Shown here: positions 56,480 through 59,986 of the stretch, piece after piece
How positions within the stretch are numbered: the first letter of the stretch is position 1
How the letters are laid out: every line of letters starts with the position of its first letter
Virus record (IMG/VR): IMGVR_UViG_3300020474_000013
Coordinates: 1 to 59,986 of that record
Strand: one strand, 5' to 3'
Length of the DNA: 59,986 nt
Origin: a virus
Taxonomy: Duplodnaviria; Caudoviricetes
The notes under the pieces: generated by a model
What the model saw: only the letters and a program-made list of their open reading frames with translations
The model's database searches: none
Told to the model about the DNA's origin: nothing
Translations under genes and position numbers: made by a program

Positions 56480-59400
56480 TCGCATATCTCTTTCTAGTTC
56501 TAAGTCTCTTATCATATCTGACTTGACTGTTATAGATAGATTTTCATCTTGATAGATTCTATCTCTACGCTTTCTCCAGTTATCTAAGTATCTTTCTATT
56601 GACCTTACTTGTCCTTTGACATTCAACACACCCTGCATATTGCTTCTGTAAGCTGATAGTTCATCAAATCTTCTTTGTTTTTGTAGAGAGTTGATAGTTG
56701 CTACTGCCCTGTCAACCTCTCCTCTTAACTCATAAAACTGTTGCTGATAACCACCCGACTTATCTAAATCAAGTAATAGTCTATTAAAGACTGGCATTTT
56801 ACTTAGTTGATAGTTGGAAGGTATTAGAGGACTTCCTGTAGCTCCTCTAGTGATAGTATCTACAGCACTTAATACATATCCACCAAGTGTTCCTGTATAA
56901 CCTCTCATAACGTGCTCTATCTTTGCAGGAGATATATTAAGAGCTTCACCCATTACTCTTGCAAACTCATTGGTAGTTGGTCTTGATTGTAATCCAGGTT
57001 CTTTCTTTTGTTGATAGTAGGGTACTATTTCTGTATCAGTAAAAGTATTTCTATTATTTATTACTTCTGATATTGGTTTTAATAATTGTATTCCACCACC
57101 AGGTTGAAAGAATGGTATGTTAAAAGAAGTTTGAGCCTGTCTACCAATAGATGTCATAGCTTCATCAACAGACTTTCTTGTAAAAGCATCATCTCCCATA
57201 GTCATATCAAATACTCTTTCTGGTATAGCTTTAAATAACATACCTACTTCAAATGGAATAGGTATCTTAACTGCATTGCCATTGCCTATAGGCATGACCC
57301 AGTTATCATCTCTTACTTCTCGTTTAAGATTTTTGTATTCATCTGTATCACTTACCATCATGTAGTAAAGTGCCGTTAGACCTACAAGTAATCCTGCATT
57401 AAAGAATGTTCTTCTAAATATTCTTGATTGCACATCTTTTAGTGATTCTCCAATCTGTTGTTTTTCTACAGCAGAATATTGACCAGTTAATCCTCTATGT
57501 AATACATCAAGACCTTGTATTCTTGCATTTAAAAATGGTATTGCAGCAGTAATAATTCTAAATAATGAATCAGAACCACGCCTTCCAAAGTTAATTATTT
57601 CTTGTGCTTGATAAGCCGCTTCTGATTGTGCAACTGCTTCTGATAAGCCTTGTTCTTTTAACATTTTATAAACACCATCATAGACTGCTTTACGAGTTGC
57701 ACCATCTGATTTAGTGGTAAGTGCTCCAAGACCATCCCATAGCTTAAAGAAAGCACCTGTAGGAGACATACCATTATTTGGTGTGAGTCCTTGTTGTCGC
57801 ATAGTTCTAGTAATAAATTGTTTTACACTACCCTCATCAACAGAATAATCATAGCCACCAAGAACACCAAACTGTTCTAGTTCTTCCATGCTACCAAACA
57901 TATTTTTAACTGAATCAATGATAGGCGTATATGGTGCACCGCTTGTTACAGCAGAAGATAAGGTATCTCTTAAAATATTTATAACAACAAAGCCTGGGTC
58001 TCTTGTAACTGTATCTCTAAGCAGCCCTGCTGGTACTGCTAAAAATTTTCCTATGGCACCTGGAGCTACTCCTCCAACATTTTGTAAACTATAGACCAGT
58101 CTAGGGTCATCTACCTGATAGTGTTGCTTGTTACCATCTTCAAAGAAGAATAAGCTATCAGCTTTACCTGCGTCTTTTGCAGATATTTTTTGAGCTAATC
58201 CCATTGTTTCTAAATCTCTAACTATTTTACTCATAGAATCATTTTTTAATGCTGCTGTAAGAATAGATAATGAGTTTCTTGATATAGCTTCTATTGGGTC
58301 TGCATCAATAATTTCTTCTGAACCTTTTATTTGTATATCTAATGGATTTCCTGGTAGTGAACCACCTGCAATTTTAGGTCCTTTAATCCCACTATCATCA
58401 ACCATTTGCCTATAGAAAGGATAATAAACAGAATGTTCTCTCCATAATGCAGATTGTTCTGCACTTAAAATACCTTTACTTTCTGCAAGTTTAATTAAAG
58501 CATTATTCCAATTTTGATAATTATTATAGACTTCTAATATTTCAGGGTGCTGTTGTTCTATTTGTTGTATAAGAACATAATCTTTAGGTTTAACTGGTGT
58601 ATCTATTTCTCTACCACTTTCATCAAGATTTTTTGCTCTTTTTAACATAGCATAACTTTTAAAAGCAGCTTCTAAATTTAAGTTAGGATTAGAAAATAAT
58701 GGTGCAAGTATTTGTATAAGACCACCTGTTTTACCTGTAAGATTACCATTAGCATCAACAAGTTCTAAAGGTATTGTTTTTACTAAAGAACTAACTCCAT
58801 CTATTACATCAGTTGGTATTCCTCTTGTAAGCATACCTTGATATACACCTCTTGATTTATCAGACATTCTTAATGATTGTTCTGCACCTGAATCTGCAAA
58901 CATATTAACAAGTGTTACTTGTTCTGCTGCTGCTATAGCTTCTTCTTCTGTAAATTCTTTTTTAGTTTTAGGATTTATTCTGCCTATATAAAATTCTTTA
59001 GTTTTACCAGCTAATAATGTTTTAGTAAGGGTATCGTATTGGTCAATATATCTTTGTCTAAACTCTTTAAAGAAATTTTTAATAGATGTAATGGGGTCTT
59101 TAACAACTTCAATAAATCTAGCACCCATAGATTGGTCAGGCAATACTTCTCCACCTGTTCTAGTAATAAACTCTTTTAAGTTATCTTGTAGTCCATCAAG
59201 AGTAGGTCTTGAAAAATTAGGTATATCATCAGGTGCCTTAGCAGATAAGTCTTTATTAAAGTCTATAGCAATCTTTAAGGCTGTATCTGAGGCATTTAAA
59301 TTATAATAAGGTATTGAACCTCTAGGTGTTTGTTTAACTGTTTCTTCGGCTTCTTCTACTGCTTGTTTTAATTGTATATTTTTTTGTGTATTTGGTGGTG

Positions 59401-59909
59401 GATTTAATATATTAGCAATATCATTCATATATTTAGTAACAATATTTGCAAGTTCTTCTTTTGATGAAGCTAAACCTCTTGTTTCATTACCTATTGGTTT
59501 CATAGGCAATCCTTTACCCTCCATAACAGATTTAACTTGTTCTGGAGGTAATGGGTCTCCTATATCAGTCATCTCAGGACTAAAAAATCTTTGTGGAACT
59601 TCACCAGTTCTATCTATTGCTCTACCAAAATATGGATTAATTTTTGTTTGAGTAAGTTCTTCTAATGTAGCACTACCTAATATGTTATTAACATTTTTAA
59701 AATAATTTAAATTATTATCTACATCTAAATATACAGATTGTGTTACATCATTACTAAGCAATCCTTTTGTTTCTCTGCCAAACCCTGGTCTTAAAGAACC
59801 CAATCCAAAAGCATTTGGATTAGGTTGCCAATTTAAACCACCAATATCTCTATCAGTACCTTTTTTAACAGCTATTAAAACTAAATCAGATAGTTCTTCT
59901 CTCCAATCT
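56417..59909 (-). CDS. C-terminal part of the giant polyvalent protein, with an LPD38-like C-terminal domain
   Basis: The frame stays open upstream of the listed TTG to the window end; EYKNLKREVRDDNWVMPIG...KIPIPFEVGMLFKAIPER resembles LPD38. Confidence 0.85.
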
Positions 59910-59986
59910 ACGCTTCTATGATAAGCAATAGCATCTACTGGATTAGTAAATACTACTAATCCTGGAGTTTCTATTTCTGTATCTGG
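59910..59986. repeat. 77-bp terminal direct repeat (copy of 1-77)
   Basis: Exact match to bases 1-77. Confidence 0.97.

Noticed and set aside
56417-59803. 1128-aa ORF as an independent gene
   Set aside because: The frame stays open to the window end and joins 5075..1 in frame, so it is the C-terminus of the giant protein
59910-59986. 77-bp terminal repeat as a biological DTR
   Set aside because: It falls inside a CDS and matches a common assembler k-mer length, so it is best read as a circularisation overlap
1-59986. tRNA, integrase, DNA or RNA polymerase genes, alternative genetic code
   Set aside because: None recognised by eye; genes tile densely in the standard code

Overview
This window is a complete, circularly assembled phage genome of 59,909 bp: bases 59910-59986 repeat bases 1-77. 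It is an AT-rich, marine-type tailed dsDNA phage with podovirus-like gene content. The minus strand (41.7 kb down to 1, wrapping to 56.4 kb) carries the late module: terS, terL, portal, GroES, scaffold, MCP, adaptor and tail genes, three 2OG-Fe(II) oxygenases, a sulfotransferase, and a csgF/csgG/curlin/FecR/CHASE2-adenylate-cyclase cassette sitting inside the lysis genes. It ends with the ejection proteins, including a 2855-aa polyvalent protein that crosses the origin and is largely missed by the ORF track. The plus strand (41.8-56.5 kb) carries most early, replication and recombination genes: MoxR AAA, a vWA peptidase, an Arc-like repressor, exonuclease, Sak, SSB, Ref and RusA; the primase-helicase is on the minus strand. 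I found no DNA polymerase, integrase, tRNA or CRISPR array. The main discovery is an RNA-based regulon. Each of five consecutive early genes is preceded by its own type III hammerhead ribozyme and then a covarying hairpin that displays an invariant CUUGGAGG ribosome-binding site. Downstream, a separately promoted and terminated ~115-nt small RNA carries the complement (CCUCCAAG plus an anti-start-codon stretch), suggesting one trans-acting antisense RNA controls all five ribozyme-processed mRNAs. The adjacent non-coding DNA also has three DnaA boxes, a perfect parS palindrome and a dispersed GACTGGTAAATATT motif, and an NrdR-box-like cluster lies between the terminase genes. All protein calls come from motifs recognised by eye; no searches were run.
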